Notes under the pieces: model-generated
Databases searched by the model: none
Told to the model about the DNA's origin: nothing
What the model saw: the letters and a program-made list of their open reading frames with translations, nothing else
Source: Marispirochaeta sp.
Lineage (GTDB): Bacteria; Spirochaetota; Spirochaetia; JC444; Marispirochaetaceae
NCBI GenBank assembly: GCA_963676835.2
Contig: CAXXFF010000003.1
Coordinates: 192,001-256,000, forward strand
Length of the DNA stretch: 64,000 bases
Direction of reading: 5' to 3'
Shown here: positions 1-9,902 of the stretch, piece after piece
Layout of the letters: each line of letters begins with the position of its first letter
How positions within the stretch are numbered: position 1 is the stretch's first letter
Position numbers and translations under genes: made by a program

Positions 1-12
1 AAGCCTAATAAT

Positions 13-1038
13 TCAGCCCTTTATCTCCTCCAGACTATAGGAGGTTGAACCAAGACCTATTTTCTCTGCATGAATTAATGATGCACGGCCGGAGTCAAAG
101 AGCTTTTTCCCGGCAGCTTTCTGTACCAGATCAAGGCAGGCCGCATCCAGGGCCACCGGATCGGTACTTGCCAGCACTCCGATATGATCAATCAGGGGTT
201 TCATGGAATGACCCATGCAGTCACAGTCCTGGGTAATATTATGTGCGAATGAAATATAAATATTCTCTTTGCCCCGGGCCGCCGCATAGGCGTATTCCGC
301 AATCTTCTCCATAAAATTAACGCCCTGCCATGAGTTGCTGATAGCGCCTTCAGGACACACTGCAATACAGCCGGCGCAGCCTACACATTTTTCAGGATCA
401 ATGACCGCTGCTCCGTCAATCTCTATGGCGTTGAAATCACATTTCTCAACACAGAGACCGCAGGCAATACATTTCCCCGAACTGACTATGGGGTTGATAT
501 TTGTATGCTGCGCCATCTTTCCGCTCCGTGCGGCAAAGCCCATGGCCAGCTGTTTGAGAGAACCGCCGAATCCCGCAGCAACATGTCCTTTAAAATGGCT
601 GGTTACAATAAACTGCTTATAGTTACCATATCCTTTACCTATTCTGCAGCTTTCAAAAAAATCCTTATTTATTACCACCTCGTCATAATCAGTGCCTATC
701 TCACCATCGGCTATTACAATAGGGATCTGGGAAAATCCGTGGTTTCTGGCGGTAGCAATATGGTCCTGAGAGGTTGTTCTGGAACCTCGATAGAGAACAT
801 TTGTCTCTATATAACAGGGTTCAACATTCTGCTGCTTCAGGTATTCAATAATATCATCAAAAGCCGGGGCACCGATGAAAGTCGTATTCCCCTTTTCGCC
901 GAAATGAACTTTTATAGGCACCTTTTTTTCAAAAGTGATACTGTTGTCAGTTGCGATCTTGTTTAAAAGATCCCGGGCCAGGCTGCCCAGTTTTTTCAAA
1001 TCATTTTCTGAGTTCCGAATGAAGTAAACCTTGCTCAC
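13..1038 (-). CDS. DUF362-family Fe-S protein with 2x[4Fe-4S] ferredoxin domain
   Basis: IKVHFGE and SHFKGH motifs, CIACGLCVEKC and CVGCAGCIAVCP ferredoxin motifs, DCDC and DPVALD motifs. Confidence 0.85.
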   Translation of the reverse strand: MSKVYFIRNSENDLKKLGSLARDLLNKIATDNSITFEKKVPIKVHFGEKGNTTFIGAPAFDDIIEYLKQQNVEPCYIETNVLYRGSRTTSQDHIATARNHGFSQIPIVIADGEIGTDYDEVVINKDFFESCRIGKGYGNYKQFIVTSHFKGHVAAGFGGSLKQLAMGFAARSGKMAQHTNINPIVSSGKCIACGLCVEKCDFNAIEIDGAAVIDPEKCVGCAGCIAVCPEGAISNSWQGVNFMEKIAEYAYAAARGKENIYISFAHNITQDCDCMGHSMKPLIDHIGVLASTDPVALDAACLDLVQKAAGKKLFDSGRASLIHAEKIGLGSTSYSLEEIKG

Positions 1039-1107
1039 TGTGCTGTCCTTAGGAAGAAATGTTAATGCAGAAACAGAATACTATAAAAAGATATTTTTGT
1101 TACTGTT

Positions 1108-1638
1108 TCAGGCAAGATGATTTTGGGTATTAAGCTCTTCCCGGGCGCTTTGGACCAGCCTGTATGCTTCGGCAGCGGTACGCATATCCGCGGCACTGGA
1201 ACTTGAGGGAGCAAGGGCTGCACGGATAACAGATTGCGCTTTACTTAGTGTAGCACGGGGATTACCGGGAACAGGACTGAGATCGGCTTTTATCCTGCCG
1301 CCGGAAGCATAGGATTCACCGTCTGCACCGCGCCTGAAGCTGTAAATAATACCGGAAGCGGCAGCCCCTCCGAGATTAAGCAGATGGGCCTGTTCATGTG
1401 ACCGTACTTCCCTGTCACGATCTTCTGCATCAGAAGATGCAGTCAGGTAATAATCAGTACCGGGGATGATTATTCCATCCGGATCTTTCGTATTCGATCC
1501 TGCTAATTCCGGCTGCATTTCATTCGACTTACCCCGGTGCATAACCATAACCTGGGTCAATTTTGTATCCTCACCAGGCTGTATAGGCCGCTTCCCCGGG
1601 ACTTGAGGACCAAGACCGAAATCGAAGGCGATACGCAT
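1108..1638 (-). CDS. SprA-related / CJM1_0395-family putative metalloprotease
   Basis: DREVRSHEQAH (HExxH), GADGESYASGG and RAALAPSSSSAADM motifs typical of the family. Confidence 0.75.
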   Translation of the reverse strand: MRIAFDFGLGPQVPGKRPIQPGEDTKLTQVMVMHRGKSNEMQPELAGSNTKDPDGIIIPGTDYYLTASSDAEDRDREVRSHEQAHLLNLGGAAASGIIYSFRRGADGESYASGGRIKADLSPVPGNPRATLSKAQSVIRAALAPSSSSAADMRTAAEAYRLVQSAREELNTQNHLA

Positions 1639-1762
1639 AACTTAACAATACTTATAGAAACCTCCGTTATCAAGATTTCTGCAGATAATTTCTTTGTTTT
1701 ATTGCTGATTTTCTATGTACTTTTATATTGTTCATGAGTACAGAACATTAAAGGAACGATTA

Positions 1763-2635
1763 ATGGAGTATCATCAAATAGTAAGAAAATCACTTTCAAT
1801 CATTGAAGAAGAGATTAGTGACCCTCCTTCCCTGGATATTCTGGCGTTCCGGTTCAATATGTCAAAATTTTACTTTCATCGTATTTTTTCAGCCCTGACT
1901 GGCTCTTCATATAAACAATACACTCTTACCCGAAGAGTGAACCGCGCAATTCACCTTATCAATACTACAGATCTTTCCCTTACTGATATTGCCTACAGAC
2001 TGAATTTCAGTGATCAGGCGTCATTCACGCGAACATTCAAGCGATTAACAGGATCTGGCCCAGGACAATTGCGAAAAAAAGAAGTTTCTCTTCAGGAAAT
2101 TTCCATACCGGAAATTTACAGTCGCACCTTTAAAAATCTAAACGGGGATTTAATAAAAGATTTCAGTCTTGAACCTTTTACCCCTCGTACCCTGCATGGA
2201 GTCGCCTTCGAAATTGATTTTGCAGATCCGGATTTCAAAGATCAGATCCATTCTTATGCCAGAGAGGTTAATCAGGCTGCTTCCAAAAATGATGCTACAG
2301 AAAGCTATATGATCTATTCCAACTGCCAGCCGGGATCATCAAAATTCAAAGCCCTCTACGGAGTAACACAGCCGCTTCTAAAAAAATTGTCCAACTCCTT
2401 TACGGTTGAGATACCGGAAATTTTCTGTTCAAAGTTTAAATACACCGGTGATCTCCTGGACATAGCAGATATATTCACCATGGATTTTGCCAGATTTCTA
2501 AAAATTTCCCGCCTCGATCAGGAAGAAAGCCATATTGAACTTGTTCAGGTTTTTACACCGGAAGATACCAATATGACTAATTATGATATTTATGTACCCA
2601 TCAAGAAATTAGAAAATGAAATAGAGATATCCTGA
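1763..2635 (+). CDS. AraC-family regulator with C-terminal GyrI-like effector domain
   Basis: N-terminal AraC HTH (SKFYFHRIF, FSDQASFTRTFK), C-terminal YDIYVPIK; start placed at ATG 1763 after AAGGA. Confidence 0.85.
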   Translation: MEYHQIVRKSLSIIEEEISDPPSLDILAFRFNMSKFYFHRIFSALTGSSYKQYTLTRRVNRAIHLINTTDLSLTDIAYRLNFSDQASFTRTFKRLTGSGPGQLRKKEVSLQEISIPEIYSRTFKNLNGDLIKDFSLEPFTPRTLHGVAFEIDFADPDFKDQIHSYAREVNQAASKNDATESYMIYSNCQPGSSKFKALYGVTQPLLKKLSNSFTVEIPEIFCSKFKYTGDLLDIADIFTMDFARFLKISRLDQEESHIELVQVFTPEDTNMTNYDIYVPIKKLENEIEIS

Positions 2636-2730
2636 GATAAAAAATAATTTTAGAAATACAGCAAGAAATGACAATTTCCATATACTAATTCGCACTATCT
2701 TCTGCAGTAACAATAGATAGTGGAGGTGTT

Positions 2731-2856
2731 ATGGTACACATACACAACGACGGATCACTAAAAAGATGTATTTCCCCGCATATCCTGCTGAAAAACTCAA
2801 CATTGAGGTTGCTATCATGGGGACAGCAGACCAAGAATACAGACACGGAGACTTAA
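2731..2856 (+). CDS. Possible 41-aa small ORF upstream of the beta-barrel gene
   Basis: GGAGGT at 2722-2727, ATG 2731, TAA 2854-2856, two nt before the next ATG; no recognisable family. Confidence 0.3.
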   Translation: MVHIHNDGSLKRCISPHILLKNSTLRLLSWGQQTKNTDTET

Positions 2857-2858
2857 AC

Positions 2859-3473
2859 ATGAACTCAAAACAGAAACTGTCAATTAGCTTGCTTTTAATC
2901 ATTCTTATATTAAGTTCACCTCTTATAGCAGAAGAACAAGAAACCAACCCGCCTGTAAATCAGGCAATAAATATATGTGCCCTTGCAATACCGATCATGA
3001 ATCTGTATGTCCTGAGTTATGAATATCTGCTTGCGGATTATCATGGTATTGCACTAAGAGCCGAAATCATACCTCTTAAAGATTCAGACACAGGCATAGA
3101 CGGCCTCGGTTCTGCTGCTGTTATCAATTACAGATGGCACCCTTTTAGCAGAATAGATTCTTTTTTTGTGGGCCCCTATGCTCGGTACAGGTACGTTACA
3201 GGTTCCGGCAATATCAGCGGGACTTCATTTGACTACTCAATTCCGGAATTTACTCTCGGTATAAATGCAGGCTACCGGTGGATTTTCGGTTCGTCGGGTT
3301 TTAATGTTGTAATGGCTGCAGGATATGGATATTCATGGAGGGAAGAAAATTTCAGCACCAACACTTCTGCCATCCAAACCGCATTCAGAGAATTTAAAGG
3401 CGCGAATGCAGGAACAACCAATTTTGTTGATGCTCCTTTTTACGGAGAATTTTCACTCGGGTATGCTTTTTAG
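2859..3473 (+). CDS. Secreted, putative outer-membrane beta-barrel protein (DUF3575-like)
   Basis: Signal peptide, alternating aromatic/Gly strands (FFVGPY, GINAGYRW), terminal FSLGYAF; GGAG RBS before ATG 2859. Confidence 0.65.
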   Translation: MNSKQKLSISLLLIILILSSPLIAEEQETNPPVNQAINICALAIPIMNLYVLSYEYLLADYHGIALRAEIIPLKDSDTGIDGLGSAAVINYRWHPFSRIDSFFVGPYARYRYVTGSGNISGTSFDYSIPEFTLGINAGYRWIFGSSGFNVVMAAGYGYSWREENFSTNTSAIQTAFREFKGANAGTTNFVDAPFYGEFSLGYAF

Positions 3474-3650
3474 CCGCGTAATCCAATACGGTCTTCGGTG
3501 AGGAGCAACCAAATTCCTTACAGGTAAGGTGGCTTAGCCATTGACGGCTGCTAACTTTTGTAGCATTATAATCGGGCCAGTCAGCCCTGATTATCATCGT
3601 TTTTAGTAAAACGTAATGCAGCAGCTGGTGTGTCAAACAAGGAGGTAGTT

Positions 3651-4637
3651 GTGGCTAAATTCAAAGTAGTAATTACAGATGCGGAGTATCCGGATTTTGA
3701 GTTTGAGAAAAAGATTTTTGCCGATGATGATTTTAATCTCGAAATACATCAATGCAAAACTGAAGATGAGGTAATTGCAGTTACTAAAGACGCGGATGCG
3801 GTACTCAATCAGTATGCACCGGTCAGCCGAAAAGTCATCGAGCAGATGACAAAGTGTAAAATCATCACCCGCTATGGAATCGGTGTCGATACCATTGATG
3901 TCGAAGCTGCAACAGAAAAAAATATCATGGTGGGCAATGTTCTCGGCTATTGTATCGACGAAGTTTCCGACCACGCTCTGGCTCTTTTTCTTGCCCTTGT
4001 AAGAAAGATATCGGTTCTGGACCGGACCATTAAAGGCGGGGAATGGAAATATGAACATGTAAAGCCCATGCAGAGATTGCGGGGTAAAACATTCGGTGTC
4101 TGCGGTTTCGGAGCAATTGCCAGGGAAGCAGCAAAGAAGGCTCAGGCTTTTAATATGGATGTTATTGCCTTTGACCCCTACATCGATAAAAAGATTGCAG
4201 CCGACATGAATGTAAAGCTTGTTGATTTTGATACACTCTTCAAAGAGTCAGATTATATCTCCCTGCATATGCCTCTGAATAAAGAGACTGAGCACATGGT
4301 TAATGCCAAGGCCCTCAGCATGGCAAAAGACGGCGTTATTATAATAAACACCGGCCGCGGCCCTCTGATCGATGAAGCAGCATTAATTGATGCCCTCAAA
4401 TCCGGCAAAGTCGGCGGTGCCGGCCTTGATGTAGTTGAAATCATGCCTGTACAGAGTCCGCTTGATTCCATGGAGAATGTAATTATCACTCCCCATGTGG
4501 CCTACTATTCGGAAGCTTCTCTGAAAGACCTTCAGAGAATTGCCGCGGAACAGTGTCATCTGGTTCTTACCGGGTACTACCCCACCTGCTTTGTAAACCG
4601 GGAACTTAAAGACAAGATTTCCCTGAAAGAGAAATAA
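3651..4637 (+). CDS. D-isomer-specific 2-hydroxyacid dehydrogenase (CtBP/SerA-like)
   Basis: RYGIGVDTID, GFGAIA NAD motif, INTGRG, GAGLDV, ITPHVAYYS; GTG start after GGAGGT. Confidence 0.9.
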   Translation: MAKFKVVITDAEYPDFEFEKKIFADDDFNLEIHQCKTEDEVIAVTKDADAVLNQYAPVSRKVIEQMTKCKIITRYGIGVDTIDVEAATEKNIMVGNVLGYCIDEVSDHALALFLALVRKISVLDRTIKGGEWKYEHVKPMQRLRGKTFGVCGFGAIAREAAKKAQAFNMDVIAFDPYIDKKIAADMNVKLVDFDTLFKESDYISLHMPLNKETEHMVNAKALSMAKDGVIIINTGRGPLIDEAALIDALKSGKVGGAGLDVVEIMPVQSPLDSMENVIITPHVAYYSEASLKDLQRIAAEQCHLVLTGYYPTCFVNRELKDKISLKEK

Positions 4638-4648
4638 GGGGTATCGGC

Positions 4649-5974
4649 ATGTATATTCTTTCCATGGACTTCGGGACCTCTTCGATAAAGTCGTCCCTTA
4701 TAGATGAAAATCTGAATACAGTAGAATCAATCAAGGAAGAGTATTTCTTTAAAATGCCCCAGCCGGGCTTTGTAGAGCTTGAGCCCGACGATGTTTACAG
4801 CGCCATGCTTAAATGTATTGCGGGATTCAAGAAATACCACAATGAGATTGAAGCGATTGCGTACGATACCTTCAGCCCTTCTGTGGCATTTATGGATAAA
4901 GACGGCAACGCCCTCTATCCCTTTATTACCCACCTCGACCGGCGCAGCGGTGCCCAGTCTGAAAGAATTCAGAAAGAGATGGGCAGTAACGAGTTTCAGG
5001 CCATAACCGGAACCTTCCCTTTCACCGGCGGGGCATCGGTAACGACCATGCTCTGGGTAAAAGAGAATATGCCGGAGATTTACAATAGTGCCTATAAAAT
5101 CGGCCATCTGGTTACATACCTGTACTTCAAGTTCACCGGTAAATGGGCAACCGACCCCACCAATGCAGCCCAGATGGGTATGTATGAAACCACCAGGTGG
5201 ACAAGCTGGTCAAAAGAAATACTCGGAACCTTCGGCATGGACGAGGGCAAAATGCCCGAGATTCATGATGCAGGAACCGTACTTGCCGGCCTGAGTGCCG
5301 AGTTCTCAAAAGCCACAGGCCTGAAAGAAGGTATCCCCGTACTGCTCGGTACTAATGATGCTACGGTTGCCCACGTTGGTGCAGGCAACACAAAGGCGGG
5401 AGATATTCTGGATATTTCCGGAAGCAGTGAAATTATCACCATTCTTTCCGATAAACCCAAGGTTAACAGTAAATACTACCTGCGGAACGCCTACTTCAAA
5501 GGACAGTACCAGATGTTTGCCATTACCACCGGCGGGTTTGCCATAGACTGGTTCAGGAATGAGTTCTGCAAGGAAATGTCCGCAGATGAGTTTTTCACTA
5601 AATACCTTCCGGATGTAATGAAACGAACTGCAGCGGAAAATGCTGTCAGCTTTCTTCCCTACCTTACCGGAGACCGCCAGAGCCTTGAAGTAAAGAAAGG
5701 TGCATTTACCGGCTTAAGCCTGGGATCAACCAGAGACGATATGCTTTTAAGTCTGCTTGCAGGAATCCACGAGCCGGTTATTGAAACGGTTAATCTCTGC
5801 AGTGAGTTCCAGGACCTGAACAAAACCATCAAGCTTACCGGCGGCCTTATAAGCGACAACTTCGTCAATTTTAAGAAGCAGCTTCTGAAAGGATACGATT
5901 TTGAAATTGTAGACGATTGTCCGATTATCGGTAATGCCATTGTTGCCCTGGATTATCTGAAGAAAGGGAAATAA
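4649..5974 (+). CDS. FGGY-family carbohydrate kinase
   Basis: MDFGTSSIK phosphate-1 motif, GTNDA, FLPYLTGDR, LTGG. Confidence 0.85.
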   Translation: MYILSMDFGTSSIKSSLIDENLNTVESIKEEYFFKMPQPGFVELEPDDVYSAMLKCIAGFKKYHNEIEAIAYDTFSPSVAFMDKDGNALYPFITHLDRRSGAQSERIQKEMGSNEFQAITGTFPFTGGASVTTMLWVKENMPEIYNSAYKIGHLVTYLYFKFTGKWATDPTNAAQMGMYETTRWTSWSKEILGTFGMDEGKMPEIHDAGTVLAGLSAEFSKATGLKEGIPVLLGTNDATVAHVGAGNTKAGDILDISGSSEIITILSDKPKVNSKYYLRNAYFKGQYQMFAITTGGFAIDWFRNEFCKEMSADEFFTKYLPDVMKRTAAENAVSFLPYLTGDRQSLEVKKGAFTGLSLGSTRDDMLLSLLAGIHEPVIETVNLCSEFQDLNKTIKLTGGLISDNFVNFKKQLLKGYDFEIVDDCPIIGNAIVALDYLKKGK

Positions 5975-6003
5975 TTAATCCCGCTCTCTGTTAACATTTA
6001 CAG

Positions 6004-6046
6004 ACAGGACACCATTCTGGTTATATTCCGGAGGGTGTCCTGTTTT
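6004..6046. terminator. Probable intrinsic terminator between convergent genes
   Basis: ACAGGACACC (6004-6013) / GGTGTCCTGT (6034-6043) stem followed by T run. Confidence 0.65.
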
Positions 6047-6087
6047 AATTTACTATCTTTTATGCTGATAACCCGGACTTGTCGAAA

Positions 6088-7263
6088 CTACACAATCGGT
6101 CCATTCTGGTAAATTGCTGTTGACCCGATATACCCGATAATCTCAGCTTTTGTCTTTTCCCCGGAAGCAACATTTACAGCTTGTTCCACAATCCTGGCAC
6201 CTGCAGATTCAAGAGACTCTCCCTCAAGCATAACCTGAGAAACATCTATATCGATAAAATCAGTAAGCCTGTCCACGGTATACTTGTTTCCGGAAACTTT
6301 GAGTACCGGCACGAAGGGAAACCCCTGGGGCGCGCCGATGCCGGTGGAAAAAAGAATAAGCTGACAGCCTGCCGCGGCAAGGGCAGCCAGCAATTCCGGC
6401 TCTCTCCCCGGGGAATCGACAAAGTACAGCCCCTTTTCCGGTCCTGTAACCGTGCCGTATTCAATACAATCCACAATTTTGCTGGTTCCAGCTTTGACCA
6501 CCGCACCGATTGATTTTTCCTCTATGGTTGTAAGCCCAGCCTCTATGTTTCCTTTGCTTGGATTTCCCCCGCGCATATCACCCCCTGCACGGCGAACACT
6601 CTCTTCTTTTCTTTTTATCATTTCAAACAATTTCTCAGATACTTCAGCGCTTGCACAGCGGTCTTCAAGCAGGTGCTCTGCCCCTATCAGTTCTGTTGTT
6701 TCACCAAAAACTACAGAACCACCGGCGGTTATGAGTAAATCTGCTGCTTTTCCTGTAGCAGGATTTGAGGCAAGTCCTGAAGTGGGATCAGATGCACCGC
6801 ATTTTATGCCAATCTTCAACTGGCTTATATCAGCAGGCTGAGCTGTTATTCTTGAAACCTCCGCCGTCAGTTTCTGAGCTTTTAAGCCTCCCTCGGCTAC
6901 TGCGGCAAAATACCCGCCGGCTTTCTGAATGCTTATTTGTTCCACCGGTTTCCCTGACGCTGCAATCTCTTCCGCCACCCTGGAGGAATCGATGCTTTCG
7001 CACCCAAGGCCGACTATCAGCACCGCTCCCAGGTTTGGATTTTTTCCAAGATTAACCAGAGTACGATAAACCATGTCTGTATCCTCAGACAGAAGCCCGC
7101 ATCCCTGCTGGTGGGTAAATACAGCAGCCCCGGGGAGATGCGCAGCGATATCTGCTGCTGCCTGATTGGCACAGGTTACTGTTGAAATGATACCAACGAG
7201 ATTCCTGATACCCACGGAGCCATCCGGTCTATGATAACCAGTAAAACAGCTTCCTTTTTTCAT
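6088..7263 (-). CDS. UxaA/GarD/SuyB-family dehydratase, large subunit
   Basis: GYHRPDGSVGIRN, HQQGCG, GLGCE, KCGASD, GLTTIEEKSIGA. Confidence 0.9.
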   Translation of the reverse strand: MKKGSCFTGYHRPDGSVGIRNLVGIISTVTCANQAAADIAAHLPGAAVFTHQQGCGLLSEDTDMVYRTLVNLGKNPNLGAVLIVGLGCESIDSSRVAEEIAASGKPVEQISIQKAGGYFAAVAEGGLKAQKLTAEVSRITAQPADISQLKIGIKCGASDPTSGLASNPATGKAADLLITAGGSVVFGETTELIGAEHLLEDRCASAEVSEKLFEMIKRKEESVRRAGGDMRGGNPSKGNIEAGLTTIEEKSIGAVVKAGTSKIVDCIEYGTVTGPEKGLYFVDSPGREPELLAALAAAGCQLILFSTGIGAPQGFPFVPVLKVSGNKYTVDRLTDFIDIDVSQVMLEGESLESAGARIVEQAVNVASGEKTKAEIIGYIGSTAIYQNGPIV

Positions 7264-7273
7264 ACCATCACCA

Positions 7274-7558
7274 CTATGCCCTGAGGCCTTTTACATTATG
7301 TACATGCACATGCATTCCCGGTTTGATATCAGATATGGCAATTCCTATGACTGCCCCATATTTTAACACTTGTTGCCCCTGCGGAATGCTTACTCGGGCC
7401 AGTTTATGGGCATATGCGATCTTATCAATTACCCTCAGAGGAGCTGTCATTCCGGAAACATCGAGGATGTCTCCGGGTAAAAGTTCCTGCAGGGACGTCA
7501 GGGTGTTGTCATTCTCATTAAGAAGCAGCCATTTCTTCACATCTGTTTTTTCAGTCAT
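7274..7558 (-). CDS. UxaA-family dehydratase small subunit (SAF domain)
   Basis: HKLARVSIPQGQQVLKYGAVIG...GMHVHVHNV; start placed at ATG 7558. Confidence 0.85.
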   Translation of the reverse strand: MTEKTDVKKWLLLNENDNTLTSLQELLPGDILDVSGMTAPLRVIDKIAYAHKLARVSIPQGQQVLKYGAVIGIAISDIKPGMHVHVHNVKGLRA

Positions 7559-7635
7559 AGTATTCCCAGTATAATATGACTCCTGCAAATTTTGTGAAAA
7601 ACCATTATGAACGAAATTTTTCAATCCCTCAGAGC

Positions 7636-8166
7636 TTAGCCCTGTATTCCCCAGAAGCGCAGTAATTCATTAGTCAGCAGTTCTCTGCTCTGAGGTGCTA
7701 CCGACCGGCTAAACAGGGAGATCTCTTCTCCGGTTATATGAAGGTTCCGGTCCAGGTCCGCCTTAAGAAAGCCTTTTTCCCTGACTCGGTCTACCCTGCC
7801 TGTGGTTGCACGGTATATCAGCACAGAGATTGACCTGCACAAACTGTTCGCGTCGGCTGCTGCTATACCAAGCTCTCTGGAGATGTAGCCGGTTTCGATC
7901 TTCTCAATTTCATAGCCGCGGTACTGAAAAACCTGTTCAGAGAATAGTTCTTTTTCTACTCTTTCAGATGAAATAACTCTTGAAGAAAACCATGCTTTAT
8001 CAATCAGGCTGGGTAACACTAAGCCGGCAAGCATAAGAGCTATAACAAGAATAAACTGTTTCCTTCCTGTGGGAACCTTCCGATTTGAAGGTCTCTGTAT
8101 CCCGATAATGCTGTAATTTGTTGCTATACTGTTCATACTTATGTAATGCACAAAGTATGCCAACAC
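7636..8166 (-). CDS. Hypothetical membrane-anchored protein (start uncertain)
   Basis: One hydrophobic segment (FILVIALMLAGLVLPSLI); fills the gap between co-oriented genes. Confidence 0.55.
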   Translation of the reverse strand: MLAYFVHYISMNSIATNYSIIGIQRPSNRKVPTGRKQFILVIALMLAGLVLPSLIDKAWFSSRVISSERVEKELFSEQVFQYRGYEIEKIETGYISRELGIAAADANSLCRSISVLIYRATTGRVDRVREKGFLKADLDRNLHITGEEISLFSRSVAPQSRELLTNELLRFWGIQG

Positions 8167-8267
8167 AAAAAACGCTGAATTTGGCAGAAAAATCGTATTT
8201 ATTTTAAGAAATGAAACTGTTTAGACATTAACTTGGAAAACTTTTCTTATATCATACATAAATAAAC

Positions 8268-8411
8268 TTATGCATTCTCCATCTTTTCCGGCTTACATAG
8301 TTTCTTTTTATCCTTCGCAGTACGTTTGCATTTGCTGCAGATAAACCTGTCATTGGAGTGCTCTTTTTCCTCATACTCTTTTCTGGAGAGTTTACACCTT
8401 TTTCTTGCCAT
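8268..8411 (-). CDS. 47-aa basic four-Cys small protein, not in the ORF track
   Basis: Manual translation MARKRCKLSRKEYEEKEHSNDRFICSKCKRTAKDKKKLCKPEKMENA; AAGGAGG RBS upstream. Confidence 0.75.
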   Translation of the reverse strand: MARKRCKLSRKEYEEKEHSNDRFICSKCKRTAKDKKKLCKPEKMENA

Positions 8412-8443
8412 TCCGGATGTGCCTCCTTAAGAAGAATATACGC

Positions 8444-9880
8444 TTATTCAGTACTGAGAGTAAAACCACCGTCTGCATGCGGCACCAGCTGAACCTGATG
8501 GGTAATTGCCGGTATATGATGCTCGGCAACATGACTTACATACAACAGGGTGGAAAGCTGTTTTTCAGCTATTACCTGGGCGGCCTCAAGCACCGCCGCA
8601 GTATTCTGATCATCCAGACCATGGCATGGTTCATCAAGAAGGAGCAATGTCGGACGCTTTATCAGGGAGCGAATGATAAGCACAATTCTCTGGGTACCAA
8701 ATGAGAGCTGACGCATACTTTTCTTCACAACATTCTGAACTCCGAAAAGATCCGCCCATTCCATTGCCTCATCAATATGCTTCGTATGTGGTTCATCATA
8801 AAGACCGATGGTATCAAAAAAACCGGAGAGTATTACATCCAGAACCGGAGTTCCCATAAGCTGACGCATATGCAATGCAGGAGAAACATGACCGATCCGC
8901 TTTTTAATTTCCCAGACAGCCTCGCCGGTCCCTTTCTTCTTGCCGAACAGATAAAGATCCTGGCCGAATGCCTTTGGATTATCCCCGTTGATAAGTTCCA
9001 TAAGAGTCGTTTTTCCCGCCCCATTAGGGCCGGAAATCTTCCAGGCTTCTCCTTCTCTGACTGTCCAGCTTATATCCTTAAGAACCTGATTGCCGCCGTA
9101 GGCGATGGAAACATTTTTCATTTCAATGAGTGACTTGGAATCATTTCCCAGGGGGGGGTGCCTCTCTTCGCTGTTCAGCCGTTCCCAGACCTCAACAGCA
9201 GCATGATTGATACCGGTAAACTCATGGCTTCCCGCCGGGTCCTTAAGCAGTATCAGATTTGTTGTAATCTCCGGAACATCGCTGCGCCGCCCGGTAATCA
9301 GAATAAGCGCACAGTGCTGAATCAGTTCCTCTAACAGCTCATGCAGTTCTTTCTGAGCCTGGATATCAAGTCCATCGAAGGGATCATCCAGAATGAGTAG
9401 ACGAGGATTATAGCTTAACTGTTTGAGGATCATCACCTTTCTCAGTTCACCGGAGCTCAGGGCCCGGAGGCCGCGATCAATCAACCTCTCAAGATTAAAA
9501 CGATGAAGGAAATTATCTTCATCCGCCTTGTGATGCTCGTAATCGAGGTAGACTGCCACACTGCGCCCCAGGTCCGGTGCACCGCCGTTAAGGTCGCTTT
9601 CGTCATTGCGTTTTTCATCCTCAATAAGCCGGACACCGGCGTCGAAGCTCACCAGGCCTATCTTGGTTTCAGGGAGAGCATACTCTTTTCTCTCTCCGTA
9701 TCGGGGTTCAATTTCTCCGGCGATTACACGGCTGTAAAATGTTTTCCCCGAACCGTTGGGTCCGCAGATAACGGTACAGGTATTATCACAAATATCAATA
9801 TCCGGCAGTGGGAACCAGTCTCCCGCAGGTGTTTTGAGTTTGAGATTGCTGATGCTGATAAGCTTGTCGGTACTGTTCAT
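8444..9880 (-). CDS. modF: ModF-like double-domain ABC ATPase
   Basis: Two Walker A motifs (GPNGSGKT, GPNGAGKT), LSSGE, LFGKKKGTGEAVWEIKKRIG typical of ModF. Confidence 0.8.
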   Translation of the reverse strand: MNSTDKLISISNLKLKTPAGDWFPLPDIDICDNTCTVICGPNGSGKTFYSRVIAGEIEPRYGERKEYALPETKIGLVSFDAGVRLIEDEKRNDESDLNGGAPDLGRSVAVYLDYEHHKADEDNFLHRFNLERLIDRGLRALSSGELRKVMILKQLSYNPRLLILDDPFDGLDIQAQKELHELLEELIQHCALILITGRRSDVPEITTNLILLKDPAGSHEFTGINHAAVEVWERLNSEERHPPLGNDSKSLIEMKNVSIAYGGNQVLKDISWTVREGEAWKISGPNGAGKTTLMELINGDNPKAFGQDLYLFGKKKGTGEAVWEIKKRIGHVSPALHMRQLMGTPVLDVILSGFFDTIGLYDEPHTKHIDEAMEWADLFGVQNVVKKSMRQLSFGTQRIVLIIRSLIKRPTLLLLDEPCHGLDDQNTAAVLEAAQVIAEKQLSTLLYVSHVAEHHIPAITHQVQLVPHADGGFTLSTE

Positions 9881-9902
9881 GAGCTTATAGTAGCCTGAGA
9901 TT

